From Polyangiales bacterium (GTDB lineage Bacteria > Myxococcota_A > Polyangia > Polyangiales > Polyangiaceae): a stretch of 64,000 nt of DNA. Of this stretch, positions 41,013-51,789 are shown piece after piece. The number at the start of each line of letters is the position of its first letter. Positions within the stretch are counted from its first letter, which is position 1. A program made the translations under genes and the position numbers. The notes under the pieces are model-generated. The model saw nothing but the letters and a program-made list of their open reading frames with translations. It ran no database searches and had not been told where the DNA came from. Location of the stretch: NCBI GenBank assembly GCA_038231275.1, contig JBBRLQ010000018.1, positions 64,001 to 128,000 on the forward strand. Direction: 5' to 3'.

Positions 41013-42141
41013 CCGCGGCGGTCGGCAGCCGAACGACGTCGCGCACGAAGGTCGTCGCTTCGGCGTGGATCGCGTACGCGTGCGGCGCCGCGCCGATCGT
41101 ACCGTCGAGGACGAGGGAGACCTCGCCGCCGCGCGTCGCGTCGAGCTTGGTCACCTTTACCTGCCCGCTCCATCGCGCCCCGGGGACGACGAGTGTGGCG
41201 CTGCCGGGCACCGTGACCTCCAGGTGATCGATCGCCGGCGGCTTGTCGCCGGCGACCACGATCGCGAGCGAGAGGCGCGCGCGCTGGAGCGGCGTCGGCG
41301 CGAAGACGGTGGCGCCGACCTCGCGGGCTGCGCCGAGCGTGAGGTGATCGCCGGCGAAATCTTGCACCACGACGACACCTCGCGCGACATCCCCGCCGAG
41401 ATCGGTCTCGACGACCGGCGGATCCGCGGTCCCTTCGACGCCGTGCACCACGAGCTTCGCGCGTGTGGTCGCAGGAGTGCCGAGCGCGAATTTCGCCTCG
41501 GGCAGCGCGTTCTTCCACCGCGCCGCGTCGCGCATGCACGCCGCGTCGCCGCCGCACCGACCGGGATCGCGCAGCACCAGCGCCTCGCACGCCGCGCGAT
41601 CGCCCCTCGCGCCGCCCGCGCACACGCGCGGATCACGGCTGGCTGCGGCGAGGCAGCGCACGTCGCGGCCGCCCCCTGGGACCTCGAACGTCTCGAGCGG
41701 GCACGCGTCCGGCGCCCCCTCCTGCATCGCGACCGACGCCTCGCATTTGCTCCGTAGCCCTTGCGCGTCGATCGCTTTGCACGCGTCGCTCTTCTTCTCC
41801 TTCATCGCGAGGAGCACGCGGCACGCGTCGCGGAGGAACGTGTCGTAGCCGATGGCGTGGAGCGCGTCGCCGACGAGCGGATCGGTCTTCGCGTGCTCGG
41901 TCACGCACGCGTCGAGCGTCGTGAAGCGGTCGACCTCGGCCTTCACGTCGCCTGCCGGCGAAGGGGGATCCGCGGACGGACCGATCGCCGCGGCATCCAT
42001 CCCCAGCGCGCGCGCGAGGCTCGATGGGCTCGCAGGCTCGGTGCTCCTCTGCGGCGCGGGCGGATCCTTCTCACACGCCGTCACGCTCACGATCGCGACG
42101 GCGATCACGAGCATCGCGCGGCCCACGATCCTGCGCCCCAT
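40999..42141 (-). CDS. Hypothetical Cys-rich lipoprotein
   Basis: Lipobox VTAC; repeated C-x(n)-C helical units, then a beta-rich domain. Confidence 0.72.
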   Translation of the reverse strand: MGRRIVGRAMLVIAVAIVSVTACEKDPPAPQRSTEPASPSSLARALGMDAAAIGPSADPPSPAGDVKAEVDRFTTLDACVTEHAKTDPLVGDALHAIGYDTFLRDACRVLLAMKEKKSDACKAIDAQGLRSKCEASVAMQEGAPDACPLETFEVPGGGRDVRCLAAASRDPRVCAGGARGDRAACEALVLRDPGRCGGDAACMRDAARWKNALPEAKFALGTPATTRAKLVVHGVEGTADPPVVETDLGGDVARGVVVVQDFAGDHLTLGAAREVGATVFAPTPLQRARLSLAIVVAGDKPPAIDHLEVTVPGSATLVVPGARWSGQVKVTKLDATRGGEVSLVLDGTIGAAPHAYAIHAEATTFVRDVVRLPTAAVRRR

Positions 42142-42151
42142 CGCGCGACGC

Positions 42152-42691
42152 TCAACCACGCGTGTCGGTCTCGGGCGCGAGCTTGGCGAGGATGACGCTG
42201 TCGCGCAGGCCGAGGTGCGTCCTCCACGCCTTGCGCAAGAACCCTTCGCGCTCGAAGCCGCCGCGCTCGAACAAGCGAAGCGACGCGACGTTGTCCGGAT
42301 CGACATCCGCGCAGACTCGGTGCGCGCCCGTGACGAAGCCATGCGCCACCGCCGCCGCGAGCGCGTCCCTCGCGAAGCCACGCCCCCACGCCGCGCGCGC
42401 GAAGATGATCCCAACCTCGAGCACGCCCTCACGAACATGGAAGAGGCTCACGCGCCCGACCGCCTCGCTCTCCTCTCCTTGCGCCGCGTCGAGCACCGCC
42501 CAGCTGAGCCCGTGCTCGATCTCCCACGCGACCGCGGTCTTCGTCTCGTCGACACTTGCGTACGCAGGACGGGCCCAGTAGGTGCACACCTCGTCGTCGC
42601 CATACGCCGCGAAGAGCGCGGTCGCATCGGCGAGGGCGAGGGGCCGGAGGATCGTCCGGGCGCTGGCCCTTAAAAGAGGAAGGGGTCGCAT
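42152..42691 (-). CDS. GNAT acetyltransferase (RimJ/RimL-like)
   Basis: ILRPL...D, WGRGFA and N.ASLRLFERGGFEREG.LR. Confidence 0.9.
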   Translation of the reverse strand: MRPLPLLRASARTILRPLALADATALFAAYGDDEVCTYWARPAYASVDETKTAVAWEIEHGLSWAVLDAAQGEESEAVGRVSLFHVREGVLEVGIIFARAAWGRGFARDALAAAVAHGFVTGAHRVCADVDPDNVASLRLFERGGFEREGFLRKAWRTHLGLRDSVILAKLAPETDTRG

Positions 42692-42698
42692 CTCTTTC

Positions 42699-42727
42699 TT
42701 GGCACCTGAACGGATTCGCAGTATACC
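42699..42727 (+). promoter_or_regulatory. recA sigma-70 promoter with a Myxococcus-type LexA box in the spacer
   Basis: TTGGCA-N17-TATACC; the spacer CCTGAACGGATTCGCAG matches the reverse complement of CTRHAMRYBYGTTCAGS (consensus recalled from memory) at 16 of 17 positions. Confidence 0.75.
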
Positions 42728-42772
42728 GTTCCTCTAGCCCGTAAGCCTACCCGACAGCCGCAGGAGCCACCC

Positions 42773-43996
<1,224 letters not shown>

Positions 43997-43999
<3 letters not shown>

Positions 44000-44036
44000 G
44001 TGGAGCGAAGCGCAGCGGAGCGAAACTCCTGACGGA
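43997..44036 (+). repeat. REP-like interspersed repeat, copy 2
   Basis: TGAGTGGAGCGAAGCGCAGCGGAGCGAAACTCCTGACGGA, beginning at the recA stop codon. Confidence 0.85.
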
Positions 44037-44089
44037 AATCGGCCTCGGCCATGAAAGGCGCGCGCCGCGCTTCGTGGTAAACCGAATCC

Positions 44090-44572
44090 ATGAAGCTCTA
44101 CGTGATGCGTCACGGCCCCGCAGAGGACTTCTCCGCGTCGTGTCGTGACGCCGATCGCGCGCTCACGTCGTCGGGTCGCGATCGCGTGCGTGACGTGGCG
44201 CAGGCCCTCGCGAGCGAGGACGAGGCGCCGAACGTGATCTTCACGAGCCCGCTCGTGCGCGCACGGCAGACCGCGGAGATCGTGGCGACGGTGACGAAGC
44301 TCGAGTCGCGCGGCGGCACGGTGGAGGTCGCTACCGAGCTCGCGCCGGGGGGAGACGAGGTGAGCTTCGTCAACGCGCTCGTGCGTGATCAGAAGAAGCG
44401 CGCGATGCTCGTCGGGCACGAGCCGGATCTGTCCGCGCTCGTCCAGGCGCTCACGTCTCGCCGCGTGGAGATGCTGAAGGCGCTCGTCGTCGGCATCTCA
44501 GCGCGTGAGGACGGCATGCGCCTCCGCTTCGTCCTCGACCCCAAGTCGCTCACCTGGGAGCGCGCGCAGTAG
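44090..44572 (+). CDS. sixA: Phosphohistidine phosphatase SixA-like
   Basis: [25 protein letters not shown] and LVGHEP. Confidence 0.88.
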   Translation: MKLYVMRHGPAEDFSASCRDADRALTSSGRDRVRDVAQALASEDEAPNVIFTSPLVRARQTAEIVATVTKLESRGGTVEVATELAPGGDEVSFVNALVRDQKKRAMLVGHEPDLSALVQALTSRRVEMLKALVVGISAREDGMRLRFVLDPKSLTWERAQ

Positions 44573-44585
44573 CCGCCGAGCACCC

Positions 44586-47500
44586 GTGCGCCGCGCATCT
44601 CTCATCGCCGTCGCGTTCGCCGCCGCATGCGCGGGAAACGACGCCGCGCCGCCCGCGCTCGCGCCCGCGCTCGCGCCCGACGCCGCGCCGCGCGCCGTCG
44701 CGCGCTCGGTCGCAGACACCGCGCCGCGCCCCGTTCGCGCGCTCTCCGACACGACCGTGATCGTGGAGGCCGAAGACCTGCGCGTCGCGACGCGCTCGAC
44801 GGGAGACGTTGGGCACGCTGGCGACGCCGGCACGGGAGGATGGCAACCGCGCCCGTTCGGGACGAACTACTACGCGGCGACGCTTGCCGACTCGTTCCTC
44901 AGTCGCAAGGCGTACCTTGGCGCGCCCGAGCAGTGCGCGCCGAGCACGGCGTCGATCGAGGTGGAGGTTCCTTCCACAGGGCGCTACCTCGCGCTCGCGC
45001 GCTACGAGGCCGCGCCGCGCTTCGCCACCGAGTTTCGGCTCGTCGTCGAGCAAGGCGGCGCGACGAAGCTCGATCGTGTGTATGGCGCACGCAAAAATAC
45101 GAAAATCTGGCCGTTTCATCAGGGGCTCGGCGACGAACGAATCCCGCCGTGGGGGAGCTCGGAGAGCATCGTGTGGGAAGGCCACGACGCCGCCGTCGAG
45201 CTCGTGGCTGGCACGGCGAAGCTCACGCTCGTCGCGGGTCCGCAGCCGACCCCCGCCGCGCGCCGCAACGTCGACGTGCTCATGCTGACGCGCGACGAGG
45301 CCGACGTGAAGCGTCGCATCGAGAAGGAGGGGTACCTTCCGCTCGACGGGCTCCTCACGCAGGCCGGCGACGTGCTCGTCGACGTCGCGAACCGCGGCGC
45401 GTCACCCATCACCGTCACGATCCCGTCGGGCATCGAGCACTCTCCCTATTGGGTCCACCTCCGCGAGTGGAAGCCGAAGAAGCTCGTCGTCGCGCCGGGC
45501 GCGTCGTCGGGATGGGTGGAGGTCGGGAGCCTGCTCGACGCGCTCTACGACGGCGATTGGAAAATCACCGCGGCCGGGACTGCGCCGCTCCTCTACGATC
45601 TCGACGTCGCGATCCCGGGCGCGCGCGGGGCCGCGGAGCGCATCGGCCACTTCGCCGATCGCACCGGCAACACGACGCTGGCCTACGCCGCCGACACGCG
45701 AGTATCGCGAAAAATCGCGCTCGCCGACGACGCGCTTTACGCGCTGACCGAGCACCTCCGCGCGCGCCCCGTTCGAGGCACGCCCCCGCGGCGCACGCCG
45801 ATCTTCGGGATGACGTTCGACCAGCACCCCGACGATCCGCGGTACGACGCCGCCGAGACCGAGTTCATTCGGCTCATGGGCGCGCCTCAGCTCCAGCGCG
45901 GAGGCGGACACGGCGTCGGCCTCGTCGACTGGCGCTACGTCCCCACCGACAAGCTGGAGGCCCAGTGCACCAAAGCCAAAGCCGAGGGCGACCCCGGCGC
46001 GATCCGCGTCGTCAGCCTCGGGGACGAGATCTCCCTCGCCGCGCCCAAGGCCGACGATCACGCAGCGTTTCGAGCGTGGCTTCGGACGCGCGTCGATCCG
46101 TCGTTCCTCGATCCGGCGATCGGACATCGCTTCGACGCGCTCGCCTTCTCGCCGGGCGCCGAGACCGCCCGCACGCACCCGGGGCTCTACTACTGGTCGA
46201 AGCTCTACGCGTACCGCTTCGGCATCCGCGTCCTCAAGGAGCGGACGGACATCCTCCACAAATGCCTCCCCACGGCGGCGATCGGTGCGAATTTCTCGCC
46301 CCACATCCGCCCGATGTACATCGGCGCGACGAACCAGTTCGTCTCCCTCTTTCGCGAGGGAGGGATGATCACTCCGTGGGGCGAGGACTACGTGTTCCAA
46401 GTCCCGGTCGTGAGCCCGCAGGTGACCGGGCTCCTCGTCGACACGTTCCGCGCCGCCGTTCGCGGGCGCGCCGACCGACGAATCCTCATGTACGTCATGC
46501 CGCACTCGCCAGGGAACACGCCGAGCGCGTGGCGTCGCCAGCTCTACTCGGACATCGCGCATGGGACGAAGCTCTTCAGCCTCTTCGAGTTTCGACCCGT
46601 GCAGGCGGCGTACACGGAGAACCACGTCGACGCGCCAGAGATGTACGACGCGATCCGCGAGGCTCTGCACGAAGTCGGGACCTTCGACGATCTGCTTCAG
46701 GAGACCGAGGTCCGCGCGGGGGTCGCAGCGATCTTCCGAAGCGAGGCCGCGGACGTGTGGGACGATCACCATCCCCCCTTCGACGCGGCGCTGCGAGCGC
46801 TCTACGTCGCGCTTCGGCAGGATCAAGTGCCGCTCGACGTTGTCCTCGAGGGAGACCCGCTCGACGCCTACAAGGCGCTCTACCTCACCGATCGGCACGT
46901 GACGCTCGCAGCGTCGCGCGCCATCGCCGCGTGGGTGCGTTCCGGAGGACAGCTCGTCGCGACCGCCGGCGCGGGGATGGTCGACCAATTCGAGCGCCCC
47001 AACCACGTCCTCCGCGAGCTACTCGGCGTCGACGAGAAGACGCTCGATCTCGATCCCGAGCCGGTCCGCTTCGAAAAACAGGATCTGCCGTTCGCGCGCG
47101 CGATGGACAACGTCCACGTCGCCAGTGGCGCGTCCGTCCCCGTCTTCTCCGCGCAGAGCCGCTTCGCCGCGGACCCAGCGATTGTGACGGCCCGCTACGA
47201 CGACGGATCACCCGCCGCGACGACACGCACTGTAGGCCGCGGCGTCGCGCGCTACCTCGGGCTCCTGCCGGGGCTCTCCTACTTCCGCCCCGGGCTCCCG
47301 CAGCGTCCGATGGATCGTGTCTCCGACGACGATGCGGCGTGTCACCTAATGCCAACGGCGTTCGACGCCGCGGCCGCGGACATGATCCGCGTCGCGGGCC
47401 TCAAGAAGCCGGTCGTCGTCACGGCGCCGTTCGTGGAGAGCATGGTCCTCACCTCGCCGCGCGGCGCGCTCGTTCCGCTCGTCAACTGGACGGCCCACCC

Positions 47501-47672
47501 GATCCACGCACTCACCGTGACGCTCGCCGACGTCCGCTGCGCCTCGTGTCCCGGTGGCGCTTGGCGCGAAGTCTCGCTCGCGAGCGGCAAGCCGGTTCGT
47601 GTTCGGACGACGCCGGACGGCACGGTCCTCGAGCTCGATCTCGACGTCGCCGATGCGGTGCTCTTGCGCTGA
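44586..47672 (+). CDS. Large glycoside-hydrolase-like lipoprotein with GH42-type trimerisation-like domain
   Basis: Lipobox AAAC; beta-sandwich N-region; TIM-like core (LGDE, ANFSPH, WGEDY); C-terminal LDAYKALYL...WVRSGGQLV and GRGVARYL. Confidence 0.7.
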   Translation: MRRASLIAVAFAAACAGNDAAPPALAPALAPDAAPRAVARSVADTAPRPVRALSDTTVIVEAEDLRVATRSTGDVGHAGDAGTGGWQPRPFGTNYYAATLADSFLSRKAYLGAPEQCAPSTASIEVEVPSTGRYLALARYEAAPRFATEFRLVVEQGGATKLDRVYGARKNTKIWPFHQGLGDERIPPWGSSESIVWEGHDAAVELVAGTAKLTLVAGPQPTPAARRNVDVLMLTRDEADVKRRIEKEGYLPLDGLLTQAGDVLVDVANRGASPITVTIPSGIEHSPYWVHLREWKPKKLVVAPGASSGWVEVGSLLDALYDGDWKITAAGTAPLLYDLDVAIPGARGAAERIGHFADRTGNTTLAYAADTRVSRKIALADDALYALTEHLRARPVRGTPPRRTPIFGMTFDQHPDDPRYDAAETEFIRLMGAPQLQRGGGHGVGLVDWRYVPTDKLEAQCTKAKAEGDPGAIRVVSLGDEISLAAPKADDHAAFRAWLRTRVDPSFLDPAIGHRFDALAFSPGAETARTHPGLYYWSKLYAYRFGIRVLKERTDILHKCLPTAAIGANFSPHIRPMYIGATNQFVSLFREGGMITPWGEDYVFQVPVVSPQVTGLLVDTFRAAVRGRADRRILMYVMPHSPGNTPSAWRRQLYSDIAHGTKLFSLFEFRPVQAAYTENHVDAPEMYDAIREALHEVGTFDDLLQETEVRAGVAAIFRSEAADVWDDHHPPFDAALRALYVALRQDQVPLDVVLEGDPLDAYKALYLTDRHVTLAASRAIAAWVRSGGQLVATAGAGMVDQFERPNHVLRELLGVDEKTLDLDPEPVRFEKQDLPFARAMDNVHVASGASVPVFSAQSRFAADPAIVTARYDDGSPAATTRTVGRGVARYLGLLPGLSYFRPGLPQRPMDRVSDDDAACHLMPTAFDAAAADMIRVAGLKKPVVVTAPFVESMVLTSPRGALVPLVNWTAHPIHALTVTLADVRCASCPGGAWREVSLASGKPVRVRTTPDGTVLELDLDVADAVLLR

Positions 47673-47707
47673 GTGTAGCGAAGCGCAGCGGAGCGAAACG
47701 CTCCTGA
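47670..47707 (+). repeat. REP-like interspersed repeat, copy 3
   Basis: TGAGTGTAGCGAAGCGCAGCGGAGCGAAACGCTCCTGA, beginning at the stop codon. Confidence 0.85.
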
Positions 47708-47823
47708 AGCGCCAGGGAATATTTCACAAGACGCCGGCGCCGAATACCTACACCAAACGGGGCCAGTGGGGGCGGCGGGCCTCACGTGCAACCGGCGGAA
47801 CTAACGCATGAAAGTGCCTCGCC

Positions 47824-47852
47824 TTGACAGCCCCGGACCCGTCCCATACCTC
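47824..47852 (+). promoter_or_regulatory. Sigma-70 promoter
   Basis: TTGACA-N17-TACCTC followed by AAAGGAG. Confidence 0.6.
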
Positions 47853-47875
47853 CCCAGAAAGGAGACGATTTCGCG

Positions 47876-48733
47876 ATGGGAGGCCGCCGTTGGACCGACC
47901 TGGTTCGCACCCGCTGGGCAGCTCCACGCCTCGCGCGCGCCTCCTCGGCCAACGCCCTTGCGGCACGCCCGATGGGGGCGGCGGCGATCCGAATTCCCGA
48001 GCGCGTGAACGCGCAGCTCGCCCTGGTCGTGCCGTCGTCGCACCCGCGCATCTTCGTTCACGAGGGGGCGCGTCAAGCGCTGGAGCGGCGGTTCGCGAGC
48101 GCGGTGCCGGTCCCGGTGCTCCTCTCCATCACCGACAATCGCCACGCGATCATCTCGCACTCGCGCGCGAACGGCATCTTGCGCGTGCGGCTCCACCACA
48201 TGTTCCTCGACGCGCCGGCGTCGGTGAAGGCGGCGCTCGTGCGGTACGTCGTTCGCGGCGAGCGCGCGGCGAGTGCCTTCGTGGGGCAGTACATCGAGGC
48301 GAACGGCGCGCGCTTGGCCCGCCGCTCGCGCGCTGTGCCGCTCGTGACGAAGGGCGCACGACACGATTTGCTCTCGATCTTCCAGGACCTCAACGAGCGC
48401 TACTTCGACGGCGAGGTGAACGCGCTCGTCACCTGGGGGCGCGCCGGGACGCGCCGTGGCATGCGCCGCTCGACGATCAAGCTCGGCAGCTACAGCGCGC
48501 TCGATCGCCTCATCCGCATCCACCCGGCGCTCGATCGCCGATGGGTACCGCGCTACTTCGTGGCGTACGTGATCTTTCACGAGATCCTCCACGCCGTGAT
48601 TCCCCACGGCCGCGGCGCGGGGCGTCGCTCGCTCCATCCCCCCGAGTTCCTCGCGCGCGAGACGGAGTTCCGGCACTGCGAGCGGGCGCTGGCGTGGGAG
48701 AAGCGCCACCTCGCGCGCCTCCTGCGCGCCTGA
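47876..48733 (+). CDS. SprT/YgjP-like zinc metallopeptidase
   Basis: LNERYF, LGSY, IRIHPALD, YVIFHEILH and H.PEF; start uncertain. Confidence 0.85.
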   Translation: MGGRRWTDLVRTRWAAPRLARASSANALAARPMGAAAIRIPERVNAQLALVVPSSHPRIFVHEGARQALERRFASAVPVPVLLSITDNRHAIISHSRANGILRVRLHHMFLDAPASVKAALVRYVVRGERAASAFVGQYIEANGARLARRSRAVPLVTKGARHDLLSIFQDLNERYFDGEVNALVTWGRAGTRRGMRRSTIKLGSYSALDRLIRIHPALDRRWVPRYFVAYVIFHEILHAVIPHGRGAGRRSLHPPEFLARETEFRHCERALAWEKRHLARLLRA

Positions 48734-48751
48734 ACCTGCTAGAACGGGCCC

Positions 48752-49183
48752 GTGATGGCCGCCCGGATGATCTCGCACGCCTCGCGTGTTCTCGCCGCGA
48801 TGATGCTCGCGCTCCCCGTGGTGCTCGTCCCGGCGGCGTGCACGTCGGGCACGACCGACTGCAGCTGCTTCGCCCCGGGCGCGCACGTGCACGTCGCGCC
48901 GGAGAGCGCGGCGGCGGTCACTTCGATCACGCTGCGCGGTCCGGCCTGCGACGGCGTCGCGACGACGTGCGTTCAAGCGGCGGCGACGGGGTGCGAGACG
49001 TACTCGATCGTGCCGAAAGCGGCGGGGAGCTGCAGCGTATCGGTCGTTTTCGTCGACGGCACGTTCACCGCGAGCGTCACGTTCGAGCAGACGAGCGGCT
49101 GCTGCGCGGGCCTCTACGCCAGCCCGTCCAGCGCCGGTGAGATCGACGCCGTTCGTTCGCCCGCCGACGGCGGTGCCGGATGA
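48752..49183 (+). CDS. Small Cys-rich lipoprotein
   Basis: Lipobox PAAC and nine Cys residues; TAGAAC lies 6 nt before the GTG. Confidence 0.7.
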   Translation: MMAARMISHASRVLAAMMLALPVVLVPAACTSGTTDCSCFAPGAHVHVAPESAAAVTSITLRGPACDGVATTCVQAAATGCETYSIVPKAAGSCSVSVVFVDGTFTASVTFEQTSGCCAGLYASPSSAGEIDAVRSPADGGAG

Positions 49184-51789
49184 CGCGCGCGCCCCTCGTC
49201 GTCCTCGGGCTCGGCCTCGCGCTCGCGCCGGCGTGCGGCGGCAAGAAGAACGCAAGAGACCCCATCGGCGTCACCGAGAAGAACCCGCCGGATGGGGGAG
49301 CGGCCGCGGCGCGAAAGATGGATGGGACCCGCCCGCCCGCGTCGTCGTTCATCGCCACCGTCGGCGACAAGAGCATCGGCCCTTTCGCGACGCGCCGTGA
49401 CGGCGTCGGCATGGCGGTGTACGTCGGACCGGCGGACACGGGCGCGCGGCGGGTCGTCAGCGTTCCGCTCGCCGAGGACGGCGAGACCCGCGGCGACGCG
49501 CACGTGGTCGCGCCCGTGAGCGCCGACGTGACCGCCCTCGCGGTGAAGCCCACGCATGGCACGGGCGCAGGCTTCTTGGCCGCGTGGACGTCGCTCACCG
49601 AGCGCGGCGAAGCGTTGACGATCGTCGGCATCGACGACGCGGGAGCGCCGCGCGGCGCCGCGACTGAGCTAGCACGCACGCCGGACGACATCGTGTGGTT
49701 CGACATCCTGCCGTGCGCGAAGGGAGCGGTCGTGGTGTGGGCGGAGGAGACGCGCGGCGGAGACGCGAACGTCCTGTCGGTCGGCATCGAACCGGACGGG
49801 CGCATGCGCGGCGTGCCCGTCCGCATCGCGCGCGGCGTCCTCGGGTGGCAAGTCGCGGCGGCCGGCGACGCGCTGGGCCTCGCGGTCGTGATGACGACCG
49901 GCGAGCCTCAAAAAAAAGGGTCCGCGCGCGCGGGCAGCCTCTCGTGGCTCAGGCTCGACGCCGACGGCAGACCGGCGGGCGCGCCGATCGTCGTGACGCC
50001 CAAGCCGATCGTCAGCGGTGACGTCGACGTCGCGCGGGTCGGCGCGCGCTTCATCTTCGCGTGGACCGATCGCACGGGCAGCGAGTCCGAGGTCACCCTC
50101 GCGAGCGTAGGTGACGACGGCGCCGTTCAGCCGCCGCACCGCGCGCTCAGCGCCGCGGGAGGCTCCGCGCTGGTGGGGCTGACCGCAGGCCCAGCCGGCG
50201 GCCTACTCGCGTGGGACGCGCCGAACCGCCGCGGCCGCCCGACGCGACGCGTGTATCTTGCACACATCGATCCCCTCGGCGAGCTCGACGGGCGCGCGGC
50301 CGCGGTGGATCTCGCGGGACGCGCGGCCCCCGAGGTCGCGGCGACGCAGACCGGCTTCGCGATCAGCGGCGCGGTGCGCTCGGCCGCAGGTGCCGCGCTC
50401 CCCACGTTCGTCCGCTTCGACGCGAACCTCACGGCGGTGCAGACCGAGCCGCTCGTCTTTGGTCCCGCCGACGAGCGAGATCCCGCGCAGCTCGCCTGGG
50501 GCCTCGCGTGCACGGGCGATCGCTGCACGATCCTCACTGCCTCCGGCGATCCGGCAAAGGTCCGCGCCGTCGACCTCGTCGCGCGCACCACGTCGTTTGC
50601 GGCCCCTGTCGCGCCGTCGGTTCCGCCCGACGCGCCACGCCTGGGCGTCGTGACCACACTCGCGCAAGGCGAGCCCTACGCCGACGTCGCGGTCGCGAAG
50701 GTCGGCGACGGCACCGTCGTCGCCCTGCTGACGACCGCCCTCGACGATGCCGCGCAGCGAAAGAACGGTGCCCCGTCCGCGGGCGCGACGCTCACGACGC
50801 GTCAGCTCGACGCCAAAGGCCTCCCTGTCGGCCCGCCGTCCACCATCACGACGCGCGCGCTCACGATCGGCGGCGTGTCCATCGCGGCCGGAGGCGCCCC
50901 CGAGGACGGCGCAGCGATCGCATGGGTCGCGCGAGAAGGCGGCGATCCTCAGGTCCACGTCACGCGCGTCGACAAGCGCGGCAAGCGACAGAACGACATC
51001 CAGCTCACGACCACCAAAGGCGACGCGGCCGACGTCGCGATCGCATGGGCGGGCGGCGGCTGGCTCGTCGCGTGGGTGGATTGGCGCGGCGGCAACGGCG
51101 AGGTTTTCGCCACGAAGGTCGGCCCCGATCTGTCGCGCATCGCCCGCGAAGAGCGCATCACCGACGCTCCCGGCGACGCCAGCGACGTGAGCCTCCTCGC
51201 GCGCGGCGACGCGGCGTGGCTGGCGTGGTCCGACCCACGCGAGAGCCCCGCCGACGGCTTCGCGGACATCTTCGTCACGCAGATCGGCGCGAAGGATGCC
51301 AAGCGCCTCGGCGAGGAGCAGCGAGTCCTCGCGAGCGCCGCGCACTCGCGCTCACCGGTCCTCGCGGGGACCACCGACGGCGTCGCGATCGGTTGGATCG
51401 AGGAGGCGCCTTCCGGAGCCGACGCCCAGAGCTCGGTCGCCCACGGCGCGATGATCGCGCGCCTCGACGAACGTGGAAAACCGCGCGGCGGTCTCTTCAA
51501 GGTGCGCGCCGCCGGAGACGGCTTCCCCACGGCCCTCACGCTCGAAGGTACGGGCACCGGCCTCCGTGGCGTCCTCGCGCGCGGCGATCGTGAGCAGCTC
51601 GAGCTCGACGCGGTCGAGTTCGTCGCGAACGACGCCGGCCCCCGCGCGTTCCCGCTCGTCACACTCGACGGCCCGCCCTCCCTCGACGTGTCGCTCGTCC
51701 TCTTCGACGGCGCCCTCTACTACTACGACGACGGGCCCGAGCCCGGCGACCGACGCGCCCGTCGCGCGGGCATCCTCTGGAAGAAGTGA
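49180..51789 (+). CDS. Large lipoprotein, probable double beta-propeller
   Basis: Lipobox APAC; repeated hydrophobic-AW strands followed by D..G turns; ATGA overlap. Confidence 0.75.
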   Translation: MTRAPLVVLGLGLALAPACGGKKNARDPIGVTEKNPPDGGAAAARKMDGTRPPASSFIATVGDKSIGPFATRRDGVGMAVYVGPADTGARRVVSVPLAEDGETRGDAHVVAPVSADVTALAVKPTHGTGAGFLAAWTSLTERGEALTIVGIDDAGAPRGAATELARTPDDIVWFDILPCAKGAVVVWAEETRGGDANVLSVGIEPDGRMRGVPVRIARGVLGWQVAAAGDALGLAVVMTTGEPQKKGSARAGSLSWLRLDADGRPAGAPIVVTPKPIVSGDVDVARVGARFIFAWTDRTGSESEVTLASVGDDGAVQPPHRALSAAGGSALVGLTAGPAGGLLAWDAPNRRGRPTRRVYLAHIDPLGELDGRAAAVDLAGRAAPEVAATQTGFAISGAVRSAAGAALPTFVRFDANLTAVQTEPLVFGPADERDPAQLAWGLACTGDRCTILTASGDPAKVRAVDLVARTTSFAAPVAPSVPPDAPRLGVVTTLAQGEPYADVAVAKVGDGTVVALLTTALDDAAQRKNGAPSAGATLTTRQLDAKGLPVGPPSTITTRALTIGGVSIAAGGAPEDGAAIAWVAREGGDPQVHVTRVDKRGKRQNDIQLTTTKGDAADVAIAWAGGGWLVAWVDWRGGNGEVFATKVGPDLSRIAREERITDAPGDASDVSLLARGDAAWLAWSDPRESPADGFADIFVTQIGAKDAKRLGEEQRVLASAAHSRSPVLAGTTDGVAIGWIEEAPSGADAQSSVAHGAMIARLDERGKPRGGLFKVRAAGDGFPTALTLEGTGTGLRGVLARGDREQLELDAVEFVANDAGPRAFPLVTLDGPPSLDVSLVLFDGALYYYDDGPEPGDRRARRAGILWKK

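Noticed and set aside
47708..47823. Intergenic stretch considered as an ncRNA or riboswitch
   Set aside because: No recognisable family motif or convincing structure by eye; an Rfam/Infernal search would be needed.
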